The notes below the pieces were generated by a model. The model was not told the origin of the DNA. It saw only the letters and a program-made list of their open reading frames with translations, and did no database searches. This document shows positions 49,235 through 60,423 of a stretch of DNA of 64,000 nt, piece by piece. The stretch comes from Chiloscyllium plagiosum (taxonomy: Eukaryota): positions 13,371,549-13,435,548 of the forward strand of contig NC_057718.1 in assembly GCF_004010195.1 (NCBI RefSeq), in the 5' to 3' direction. Positions within the stretch are counted from its first letter, which is position 1. Every line of letters begins with the position of its first letter. The position numbers and the translations under genes were made by a program.

Positions 49235-51011
49235 AAAACTTTCTATAGGTATGTGAGGAATAAAAGGATGACTAGTCAAAGACAGAAGTGGGAAGTTGTG
49301 TGTGGAACCTGTAGAGATCGGAGAGGTGCTAAACAAATATTTCTCATCTGTTTTCACTCAGGAAAAGGAGAATATTGTACAGGAGAAGACTGAGATACGG
49401 GCTATTGGACTAGAAAGGATTGAGGTGAGTAAGGAGAAGGTGCTATCAATTCCAGAAGGTGTAAAAGTAGATAAGTCCCATTGGGCCGGATGGGATTTAT
49501 CTGAAGATTCTCTGGGAAGCTAGGGAGGAGTTGGCAGAGCCTTTGGCCTTGATCTTTGAGTCGTCATTGTCTACAGGTTTAGTACCAGAGGACTGGAGGA
49601 TTGCAAATGTTGTGCCCTTGTTCAAGAAGGGCAGTAGAGATGACCCTAGTAATTATAGACCAGTGAGCCTTATGTCTGTTTTAGGAAAGGTTTTGGAAAG
49701 GATTATAGGACACAGGAATTTATAATCATCTAGCAAGCAACAATTTGATTTCAGATAGTCAACATGGTTTCGTCAAGGGCATGTTGTGTCTCTCAAACCT
49801 GAGTTCTTTTGAGAAGCTGACCAAATATGTAGATGAGGGTAGGGCAGTTGATGTGGTATACATGGACTTCAGTAAAGCCTTTGATAAGGTTCAACATAGT
49901 AGGCTTTTGGAGAAAATGCAGAGGTGTGGGATTAAGGGTGATTTAGCAGTTTGAATTAGAAACTGGCTTTCTGAAAGAAAGTGGTGGTTGATGGAAAACA
50001 TTCAGCCTGGAGTCCGGTTTCCAGTGGAGTGCTACAAGGATCAGTTTTGGGACCGGTGCTGTTTGTCATTTTTCTAAATGATTTAGATGCAGACATAGGT
50101 GGATGGATTAGTAAGTTTGTAGATGACACTAAAGTTGGTGGAGTGGTGGACAGTGTGGAAGAATGTTGCAGGGGGACTTGGATAAACTGCAGAATTGGGC
50201 TGAGGTGGCAAATGAAGTTCAATACAACTAAATGTGAGGTCCCAGGTGGATAGTGCTGTTAAGAAGGCATACGGTGTGTTAGGTTTCATTGGTAGAGGGA
50301 TTGAGTTCTGGAGCTGTGATGTCATGCTGCAACTGTACAAAATGCTAGTGTGGCCTTGGAATATTGTGTACAGTACTGGTCGGCCCATTACAGGAAGGAT
50401 GTGGAAGCATTGGAAAAGGTGCAGACGAGATTTACCAGGATGTTGCCTGGTCTGGAGGGAAGGTCTTATGAGGAAAGGCTGAGGGATTTGGATCTGTTCT
50501 CATTGGAGAGAAGGCGGCTAAGAGGGGATTTAATAGAGACATACAAGATGATCAGAGGATTAGATAGGATGCACAGTAAGCATCTTTTTTTGAGGATGAT
50601 TGTACAAGGTGGCAGAGCTGCAATTTGAGGGGTGATAGATTTAAGACAGGTTCTTTACTCAGAGTGGTAAGGGCGTGGAATGCCCTGACTACCAATGTAG
50701 TTAACTCAGCCACATTAGGGGCATTTAAACAGTCCTTGGATAAGCACATGGATGGTGATGGGATAGTGTTGGGGGATGGGCTTTGATTAGTTCACAGGTC
50801 GGCACAACATCGAGGGCCGAAGGGCCTATTCTGCGCTGTATTGTGCCATGTTCTATATAGCATCTTTAATGTAGTAAATCACCCCATGAAGCTTAACAGC
50901 AGGGCATTGCTCCAACCACTGAAGAGTGCTCTCCTCAGCAACATTTTCCATGTTGTGCTACAGCTATTCCCTGTGGGGAAAAATGCCTCTTTAACACACT
51001 GTGGGAGCACA

Positions 51012-51227
51012 TTACTGCAGATGCTGGAATCTGTGCTAAAAACAACAAATGCTGGAGATCATAGTGGGTCAGGCAGCTTCCATGGAGAGACGGCAAGCTA
51101 ATGTTTCGAGTTTAGATGACTCTTCATGAGCTGGGATGAAGAGTCATCTGGACTTGGAGAGAAAGCAAGCTAACGTTTCATGGATGCTGCCTGACCTGCT
51201 GTGATCTCCAGCATTTGTTGTTTTCAG
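51012..51227. mobile_element. PLE-derived fold-back element, GAGTC/GACTC stem II family
   Basis: Inverted arms; decayed cores 'gatgaagagtcatctggactt' (plus) and 'tttcgagtttagatgactcttcatgag' (minus). Confidence 0.65.
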
Positions 51228-52974
51228 GTGGACACATTGGGGTCTGCTTAGTGCTGTGGGTCCGTGACCAAGCAGGTCATAAGAGCTCATCCTGCCACCC
51301 TCGACTGCGTTCAATCCTGTATCTTCAGAGGTGAAAGGGCAGTCGGCAGCCTCATATCTCCGATGACACCCAGCTTGATGAACAAAGGGGAAGGTCATTT
51401 GTTTTATTCCTGGAGAAACTATAATCCATGTGGTGCAGGGACACCCACCATGCCATTAGAGAGGGAGTTCCTGGATTTTGACTCAACAACAGTGAAGGCA
51501 TGGTGATACAATTCCTAATCAGGAAGATGTGTGGCTTGGAGGCAAATTTGCGGGTGGTGATTGATAGAGGTATAAAGTCAATATGAAATAAAATTGATGC
51601 CAAAGAAAATGAAATTGAAAATATCAGCAAGGATGCATGCATGGGGAATTAAATAGAACAGCTTGTTTCCTCATTCAGTAATTATGTTTGAGCTTGTTCT
51701 ATTCCTCTGTCAGTCCTTCGGTCATGTATGTGTTTACTGACTACCTAGGAAGAAAGGCAATTGAGAGAAAGCTAATTCAATTCAATTAAGCTTCGTACAG
51801 AGCGGGTATCAGCTCTGAAAATGAGGTGCTTCTGAAACGATGAAAAAAGTCCCTCATGACTAAGGAACAGCCTCATTTCTTCCATTTGATGCTGGCAAGC
51901 TTCAGATATATTCCAGGTTGAAGTCAGACAACTATCATTTGGAGAGGAACCAGCTGTCAACAGGCAGAACACAAGGTGATTAATGTACAATGTGAATGAA
52001 AGTATTCCCACAAACACAAACGGCCCTGCTTTCTCCCCATTGTCCTGTCTGTATCTTATAGCAACATCGGAACAGGAGGAAGATTTAGTCACTGGAACCT
52101 CTCTGATCATTCAATGAGATTATGACTGATTTGTGCCTTAATTTCCCTCTGCTTCAAATCCTTAACTACTGCTCCCTTAATAGATTAAATAGTCTGTGAT
52201 ATACAAGGTGAAGTCTGGCCTTAATTCAGTATGTTATATGCTGTGATCATGTCTACCATCTGGGATGCCTTGGTTGGTTGAAACAAAACAAATTGCTGGA
52301 AAAACTCAGCAGGTCTGTGGCAACATCTGCAGAGAGAAAATGTTGAGTCCAGTGACCCTCCTTCAGACCTGAAGTTTTTTTGTTATACTATTGTCTTAGT
52401 AGGTTCATTGCTATCAATCCAGCTTTGCCGGTCTTTGTCTTGAAGGCAAGTGGGAAAAATGCTCACAAAAAACTCTTTCGCAGAAGAAGGCTCTATCTCT
52501 ATAAACAGAATAGGTTTAGTATATTGTCGATAATAGGTTGCTACATTAAAATACATTACACAATATTCTGTTGAGACCCTCAGGTTCAACTTAAGAGTTG
52601 CTACAATAAAAGAAGGAGGAGATCTTGAAAAACATTAAGGGGCACTGCAGCAGCAGCAGAGGGTGGTGTGAGCGGCCTGGTGTAGAAATGGTTCCATGTG
52701 GAGTGTGTTGGCAGCCAGCAGTCAGACAATGTGTAGGGCGCTGTGATCATCTACTGCGGATAGCCCTTGGAGAGAGATTGTGATGTTTGCTTTTTTAACT
52801 TGTTTTTTCCTGACCTGTGGTTATACTGTGTTTAGCTGTAATGTAACTTTTTTCCTTTCTTTTCTTTATTCTCTAAGGATTATAACTCTGGGGGCACTGT
52901 AAGGGACAACTTATCAACTTTTCACTGTACTCACTTATTACATGTGACAATATAGCTAATTCAAATTCAGTTCA

Positions 52975-53535
52975 GATAGATAAGTCCCCAGGTCTTGATG
53001 TGATGTATCTCAGGATACTTAGGAGGCAAAGGAGGAGATCACCAGGGTCATGACTGAGGTCTTTGTATCCTCTTCAACCACAGACCTGGTCCTAGAATAT
53101 TGCAGAACAGCCAATGTTGTTCAATTGCTTAAGGCAAAAGGGATAATCCAGAAATTATGGGCCGATCAGACTTATATCAGTGGGGGGAAATTATTGAAGA
53201 AGATTCTTAGGGACATCACTTACTCTTGAATTTATATTTGGAAAACAATGGACTCATTGTAGATAGTCAGCATGGCTTTATGCAGTGTTCAAAATTTGAT
53301 TGAGTTTTTTAGAAAATGACAAAGATGATTGGTGAGGGTGGGCAGTGGATTTATCTATATGGATTGTATTAAAGCATTTGACAATGTCCCACAGGATAGG
53401 CTAGTTTAGGAGATTAGGTCACATGGGATCCAAGGTGAGTTGATAAACTGGTTATAAAATTAGCTTTGTCATGGTTGACAGTGGAGACTTGTGGAGAGGT
53501 GCTTTCCTCACTGAAGGTCTGTGACCTGTGGTGTG
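52975..53535 (+). mobile_element. Old CR1 RT fragment
   Basis: DKSPG, SQHGF and KAFD-like remnants. Confidence 0.75.
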
Positions 53536-54189
53536 ACCAGTGACCAATACGACTCTTCCTCAGAATAGAAAACAGAATTCAGCTCCAAGGGACTTAAAAC
53601 ATTCTCGCTTCCCAGATATTGCCAGACCAACTGAGGATCTCCAGTACTTTGTTTTTATTGAGGTACACATTACCAATAGCTACACAGATTTTAGTACTAA
53701 ATATCTTCGTGGCTCCCTTACCCAATTAGTGATCCATTTGGGAGGGAATAATAGGTTGGCTCTCTCAGGGTCAATCCCTGATATCCTGATAGACAGAGCT
53801 TATCGTCAGGTAACTCCTTCGTGTACCAGCTACCTTATAGTCTCTTCCATCACCACTTTCTCAAACCTGAACTCATAGAACACCAACCCATCACAATGTC
53901 ACTTGCACCTTATTGAATTTGATTACAATGGTGTCACTTGGATGTTAAGCACCTCTGCTATCTCAGGTTATGCACTCACCTTTGTATCAAAGTGACTTGT
54001 ATCATTATATTTACTTTGGAATACACACAGAAACCGGCCACTAGGATTATGTCAGTGTTTCTGTGCCATAAATGAACATCAACCAATCCTACTTCATCTC
54101 ACTCCTACTATCACATCTCTTATGATTTTGATATTAACTAACTGCCACCAGCTCTCTTCAGTACAACTGAACTGCTCTAACATAGGCAG

Positions 54190-54347
54190 GAGACAATGAG
54201 GTCTGCAGACGCTGGAGATCAGAGTCAAGTGTGTTGCTGGAAAAGCACAGCAGGTCAGGCAGCATCTGAGGAGCAGGAGAATAGACATTTCAGGCCAGAG
54301 TCCTTCATCTGGCTCTGGGTCTCCAGCATCTGCAGACCTCACTGTCT
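54190..54347. mobile_element. MITE-like PLE-derived insertion with terminal inverted arms and 14-bp TSD
   Basis: tctaaca(t/g)aggcag at 54176-54189 and 54348-54361; ~35-bp terminal inverted arms. Confidence 0.82.
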
Positions 54348-55520
54348 TCTAACAGAGGCAGTGGTCTGAATGGAGCAATCTGGAAAATAAGAATTATTCA
54401 GAGAGGTCTGAAGACAATCCACCCTCGTTTTGTTGTATAACCACCCAACTTTTTGTGCACTTTTTATCATTAGGCAAATTACATCAACATCAAATAAGAA
54501 AGTTGGGCACCCCAAATCTCACATCAAACTCTTTTTAAGACACTAAATTACAAAATGCTGGAAAATCACAGCTGGTCAGGCAGCCTCTGAGGCTACCGCT
54601 GTTGGGGTTTTCCAGAAATGTCTACTTTATTTCACATTTCCAGCATCTGCGGTGTCCTGTTCCGGTGACCATGCCTGAATGAGATTGCCCAGTCAATGGA
54701 AATAAATGCAAGATTGCAGGCAGCTTTATGCAGTTGGTTCGGAAGCCACTGGCAATCCAACCTGCTCAAAAGCTGTGAGGGGAAACCAGCACGAGTTTGT
54801 ATGAGCAATCCTCACTTTCTGCACTGCAAAGCAAAGAGACATTTTCTTTCATTTATCCACACTCAATAACTCATTGAAAATATCATTCCTAAACATGTTG
54901 TCTTTTACATTTATAAAACATTGCATCCAAATATAGTCACCTTTATCTCATGTTTTACTCATAAAGAGCTTTATCTTCAGTTGCTTTGCTCTCCAGTGAC
55001 ATCTTTGACTGCCAGTGTAATTAATTGTTGCTGAAGGATTTTGCCTCTGGGGCCTCCTAATATCATCAGTCTGCAGATTCTGCATTATCACAGGTTACTA
55101 TCCTCTGAACTGGGAATTCAGCTATAAGTCTTTTCTCTAAGGTTAATGAATAAATGAAAAAAAATGGAGACTGAAAAATAGGGAAACCACCATTGTTTAT
55201 CCCACCCTTGCTTCCAAAGCCGACACCACAGCACCAGCTGAATGCTCACAATGTCTGGCTGAACCAAGCAGATATATTCTGCCACTGACTCAATGGATCA
55301 CATGGTCTTCAACTGTTTTTCTGTTTGGAGGCTGAGGTGGTTTGTAATTCTCTTCCTCAAAAGGCAGTATCTTTAAATATTTTTAAGGCAGAGGTAGAGA
55401 GATCCTTGATTACCAAGGGGATAAAAGATTATCAGGGATATGTAGGAATGTAGAGTTGAGTTCAGAATCACATCAGCCTTGATCTTATTGAATGGTAGAG
55501 CAGGCTTGAAGGGCCAAGTG

Positions 55521-55666
55521 TTTAGATCAAAGTGGGGCTGGAAAAGCACAGCAGGTCAGGCAGCATCCGAGGAGCAGGAAAATCAACATTTCGGGGGGGG
55601 GGGGAAGAAGGTAGCAAAGGATACAGTGGGTGAATGGGGGTGAGGATGGAGGTGATAGGTCAAGTA
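55521..55666 (-). mobile_element. PLE-derived insertion with 9-bp TSD inside a CR1 3' UTR
   Basis: ggccaagtg at 55512-55520 and 55667-55675. Confidence 0.75.
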
Positions 55667-55744
55667 GGCCAAGTGGCCTACTCTTCCACATTCACATGTT
55701 CTGAAAATGCTTTTGTTCCTGTCACAGATTTACCATTTTAGATT

Positions 55745-56152
55745 GGACATTGAAATCATGATTCCTTTTTCTTTTGCCTTTCTTAGCAGGATCGGTCCCC
55801 TTTTCTGGAGTGTCGGCAGTGGTGGGAGCAATATTCTTTCCCGGGGGTTGGCCCTTTTGCTGAGATGGCGGTCCTCGGAGGCGGCAGCAGCAGCAATGTT
55901 AGCCTGAACGAGGCACCGGCCGCTTCGGCGCGGTGGACCCAGCTTCAGGGACATTGAAATCATGATTCCTTTTTGTTTTGCCTTTCTTAGCAGGATCGGT
56001 CCCCTTTCTGGAGTGTCGGCAGCGGTGGGAGCAATATTCTTTCCGGGGGGTTGGCCCTTTTGCTGAGATGGCGGTCCTCGGAGGCGGCAGCGGCAGCAAT
56101 GTTAGCCTGAACGAGGCACCGGCCGCTTCGGCGCGGTGGACCCAGCTTCAGG
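55745..56152 (+). repeat. GC-rich ~204-bp tandem duplication
   Basis: Units start at 55745 and 55949 and differ by only a handful of substitutions/indels. Confidence 0.95.
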
Positions 56153-56621
56153 TTTGAGCCCAGTTCAGGACCTGGCAGCTTCAGTGCTTCCACAGCAGCA
56201 ATGTGTGGCGTAAAGGCACCACAGATTGGGAACATGATTCCAGCAGTGATGGTATGGCCCCAGGCTCTGGCTGGGCCCGGTTAGCTGATAGCACAGAAGG
56301 TGGTGTCTGGCAGCGGTGGTATGCAGGGATTTGGGACACCTGAACGTTCAAAGACTGGAGGACGGATCTTGTGACTTTGTTTTTCCAGTGGCAAGGACTC
56401 ATGGCAAAAGCAGGAGAGTGATCTGGATGTTTCTGGCTGTTTCTTTTATTTTTGCTTCAGCTTGTAAGCTGGTGTTTTGTACACTAAGATGGCACACTTT
56501 TCATTGTATTCCTGCACTCAATGTGGCAGCACAGGCTTGGAGGGCCAAAGGGCCTGTTCCTGTCCTTTGTTCTCGTCCTTTGCACTTGAGTACAAGCGAC
56601 AATAAAATCTAAATCTAAATC
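55745..56621 (+). mobile_element. Unclassified non-autonomous retroposon with LINE-type tail
   Basis: Ends 'cacttgagtacaagcgacaataaaatctaaatctaaatc'; similar tail at 52920-52975. Contains a ~60-bp CR1 tail insert flanked by tgcact. Confidence 0.5.
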
Positions 56622-57664
56622 TTCATGTGTTTTCATTTATACAATTAAGATCTGCTAAAATTAATTTTGAAATTTGTTTAATAAATAGTTTGAAGAGCAC
56701 TTGAAACACCATAGCATACCAGATTCCAAGCCAGATTCTGGGAAACTGGTTTCAAAAGAGAGGTGCCTAATGACCATCATGGATACAATGGGCCAAAGGG
56801 CTTTTTTCCATGTTGTAAAACCTCAAAGATGGGAATGTGTTGGGTGAATGTGCTCTCTTGCTAAATAGTAATAGTTGACTAGGTTTTGTTTTACACATCA
56901 ACATGGATATTGGAAGGTTATCTTGAAGTAAACCAAAATCCGTCAAGTCATTTAGAATTAATAGTTCTCAGGGTCAATGAATAAGAGAATACTTCAGGAA
57001 CACATAGATTGTAAACATATACATGTAAACTACAGAATCTCTGCAGCACAAATACATATACAGTATTAACAACTTTATTAGGAATTTATTTGCTATGAAG
57101 TGGAATTGTATTTCACACTAAAGCTGATAAGGACTGACCTGAAAGGGATGATCCCACAGAGCATTGTAGGTACCTGACTGACAGAAGGGAACCACAGTTG
57201 GATATTAATGGAATCCTCACAACACAGCACGCAGCTCATCATTTAATTCTACTGGTCTGAGTCTATCTTTTATTTAAAAAGAATTAAACGGAGCTTGACA
57301 ACCCAAGGAAAGGAGTGAGATGAATTATTAATCATAGAAATTTTAAAAATGATTAAGTGACAGGCAAATTCTTATTTTAAATTGCCACAATATGATTTTT
57401 TTGGCCTATCTACTGCTCGTTTTAAATTTTTACATTCGAGAAACCTCCAATCTCCAAATTAAATTTATGTTTTCCACACTACTGTGAATAATTAGCACAT
57501 TGCTTTCATTCTGGAAGTGAGACCTTTTACTAATAAATGCTGCTTAACTCTAATTAAGTTAATTATTTTGTTATTACAGTTAACCCCTCCCTCCCAAATG
57601 CATCACCATACTGGGAGTAAGCCATGGCTCAGAGATGACGCGCACAGTGCAACAGGAAGAGAAG

Positions 57665-57950
57665 GTGGCACAATGGATCAGTGGTTGGCACTGCTGCCTC
57701 ACAGCGCTAGGAACTTGGATTCGATTCTAGCCTCGGGCAACTGTCTTTGTGGAGTTTGCACATTCTTCCTGTCCCTGTGCAGATTTCCTCGAGATGCTCT
57801 GGTTTCCTCTCTCAGTCCAAAGATGTGCACATTAGGTGGATTAGCCATGGGAAACAAAGGGTTACAGAGATGGGGTGGGATGCTCTATGGAGGATTGGTG
57901 TGGACTTGATGGGCCAAAAGGCCGGTTTCCATACTGTAGGGATTCTATGC
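57665..57950 (+). mobile_element. V-SINE-like SINE
   Basis: Head, core and tail recognisable. Confidence 0.8.
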
Positions 57951-58232
57951 TGCATTGTCAGAGGTGCTGACTCTCAGCTTTATTTCTAAGGTCCCACCTG
58001 TCCTGTCAAGCCAGTTTAAAACAATCCCAGGGGGTTATTCAAAGAAGAGCAGGGAAGCTTTTTTAATTGAATGTGCACATCATTGGCTTGGCCAGCATTT
58101 GTTGCACATTCCCACTGCCCTCAAATTTGGTTTTGCTGGTCCATTTCAGAGGGCATTTTGTCATTGGCCACATTACTGTGGGTCAGGAGTCCCACTTAGG
58201 CCTAGCAGGGTAAGGATGGCAGATTTCCTCCA

Positions 58233-58505
58233 TGGGGTGGCATGGTGGCTCAGTGGTTAGCACTGCTGCCTTGCAGCACCAGGGTCCCAGGATCAATTCC
58301 AGCCTTGCGACTATCTGTGTGGAGTTTGCACATTCTCCCCATGTCTGCATGAGTTTCCTCCGGGTGCTCCAGTTTCCCCTCTCAGTCCAAAGATATGCAG
58401 TTCAGGTGAATTGGCCATGCTAAATTGCCCATAGTGTTAGGTGCATTAGAGGGAAATGGGTCTGGGTGGGTTACTCTTCAGAGGGTCGGTGTGGACTTGT
58501 TAGGA
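58233..58505 (+). mobile_element. V-SINE-like SINE
   Basis: Head and core recognisable; 3' end truncated. Confidence 0.8.
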
Positions 58506-59419
58506 ATTTAACTAACTAACGAACTTTTAGGAAATCAGATGGCTTATTACAACCATCACCAATAATATATGATCACCATTGCTGAAATTAGCTGTACATC
58601 CCTATTTACTAACAGAATTGAAATTCCCGCAGCTATCCCTGTGGGACATGAACTTCGTCTCTACAACATTAGCCTTGAGTCTGTAGATTACTAGTCTAAT
58701 GACACTACCACTACACTATGGTCTCATCTCACCAACTGCATGAAAACTGACTGTTACTTTATAAGAACTTACTGTGAATAAAGTGGCTGCCACATTTCCT
58801 ACATTAAAACAGCAATAAAATCTTTTTTTTGCAGAGTGTCAATCTATATTTTAACCATAAATCTCTGGAGTAGGATTGAACTGAAGCATGTTGTAACCTA
58901 GATCCAAGCATAATGGTAGTAGAGGTTCCAATTTATTTCTGTCATATAACTCCTAGTCACCACTGAAATGCATTGGAAGGATTTGTATCTTCACCCTGTC
59001 TGGGCACATTATGAGCACACCTTCTTTGACTATCAAGTCCTGGGGTGGGATTTGGACTCAAAATCTCAAGCTCAGAAACAGGGACACTACCCATTGCATC
59101 ACAAGACCTCCTGAGACCACAGCTGATACTTGTACAATTTTCAGGTTTGGTATTGGCCCAAAGGACTGTATCCAAATCATAGACATTGCATTTTAGGAAG
59201 CATGGCACATCTTAGAGAGAGTGCAGGAGATTTACCGGGATTAAGGGATTTACATTATTTGAAGAGACCAGAGAATATGAGATTGTTTGCCTACTAGCCC
59301 AGAAGGTTAAAGATACCTTTAACAGAAGTGTTGAAAATGATGATGACAGGCTTTTAAAGAATTTATCAGATATAGGTGTCACTGGCAAGACCAGGATTTG
59401 TTTTGCATTTCCTAATGAC

Positions 59420-59790
59420 CATAAGACATAGAAGCAGGAGTAGGCCATTCAGCCCATCGAGTTTGCTCCACTATTCAATAAGATCATGGCTGCTCTGATA
59501 TTCCTCAATTCCACTTTTCTACGTTGTACCCATAAACCTTAATTCCGTTACTGATTAAAACTCTCTGTCTTGCAGTCTCAAATGTACTTAGTGACTCAGC
59601 CTCTCTCCAGTAACAAATTCTACAGATGCATTTTCCTCTGAGAGATGACATTCCTCTTCATCATTGCTTTAAATGGGTGATCCCTTATTCTGAAATGATG
59701 CCCTATCTGGTCCTAGACTCTCCCACAGGGGAAGCAACCTTCCCACATCCACCCTGTCAAATCCCATAAGAATTGTATACATTTCATTTT
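59420..59790 (-). mobile_element. CR1 3' end
   Basis: 'cataagacatagaagcaggagtaggccattcagcccatcgag' tail, homologous to 18442-18800. Confidence 0.8.
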
Positions 59791-60213
59791 GTTTCTAAGT
59801 GCCCCTGAATTGAGTGGCTTTCCAGGCCATTCCATGGGGCAATTAAGATTGTTGTTATAGATCGAGAGTCACATGCAGATCAGAGGATTTCCTTTACCGA
59901 GTGACCAAATGGCATTTTAGACTAATCATTAACACTTTTATGACACCATTTACCTCCAGATTTAATTTGATGGTTTTACCAGCTACTTTAATGGGATATG
60001 AACTAACATTCCCAGGTTCTGACTCCGGGCTTACCTGATTACTAGCCCAGTGACGTTATCACTATGCCACCATCTCCTTTTACATTCTGATAGACTAGAC
60101 TTCCACTGGCAGGAGGAAGCAGGGATCACACCTTTGCGATAACTGGCAAACAAATTGGACGCGAGGTGGGAGGAGGAAGAGTTTCAATTTGGAATGCATT
60201 GAGTGAAAGAGTA

Positions 60214-60423
60214 TCTGGATTAGTGGTGCTGGAAGAGCACAGCAGTTCAGGCAGCATCCAAAGAGCTTCGAAATCGACATTTCGGGCAAAAGCCCTTCAT
60301 CAGGAATGCTTTTGCCCGAAATGTCGATTTCGAAGCTCCTTGGATGCTGCCTGAACTGCTGTGCTCTTCCAGCACCACTAATCCAGAATCTGGTTTCCAG
60401 CATCTGCAGTCATTGTTTTTACC
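60214..60423. mobile_element. Near-perfect palindromic PLE-derived insertion with perfect 14-bp TSD
   Basis: tgagtgaaagagta at 60200-60213 and 60424-60437; ~80-bp arms; minus-strand hammerhead core at 60303-60276. Confidence 0.92.

Larger units (their letters stand above)
46245..50857 (+). mobile_element. Long decayed CR1 LINE (SGNH-esterase ORF1, APE, RT) with nested insertions
   Basis: ORF1: VTGDSIV, VVVHIDTNDIG, DGLHLN. ORF2: YFNARS, ILETW, GGGVALL, MGDFN, NYRPVSL, LQGSVLGP, FVDDTK; 3' tail. Interrupted at about 47812-48731 and 48855-49234. Confidence 0.9.

Noticed and set aside
55860..55950. HDV-like ribozyme in the 204-bp unit (TCCTCG motif)
   Set aside because: I could not build the P1/P2/P3 nested pseudoknot pairing by eye on either strand.
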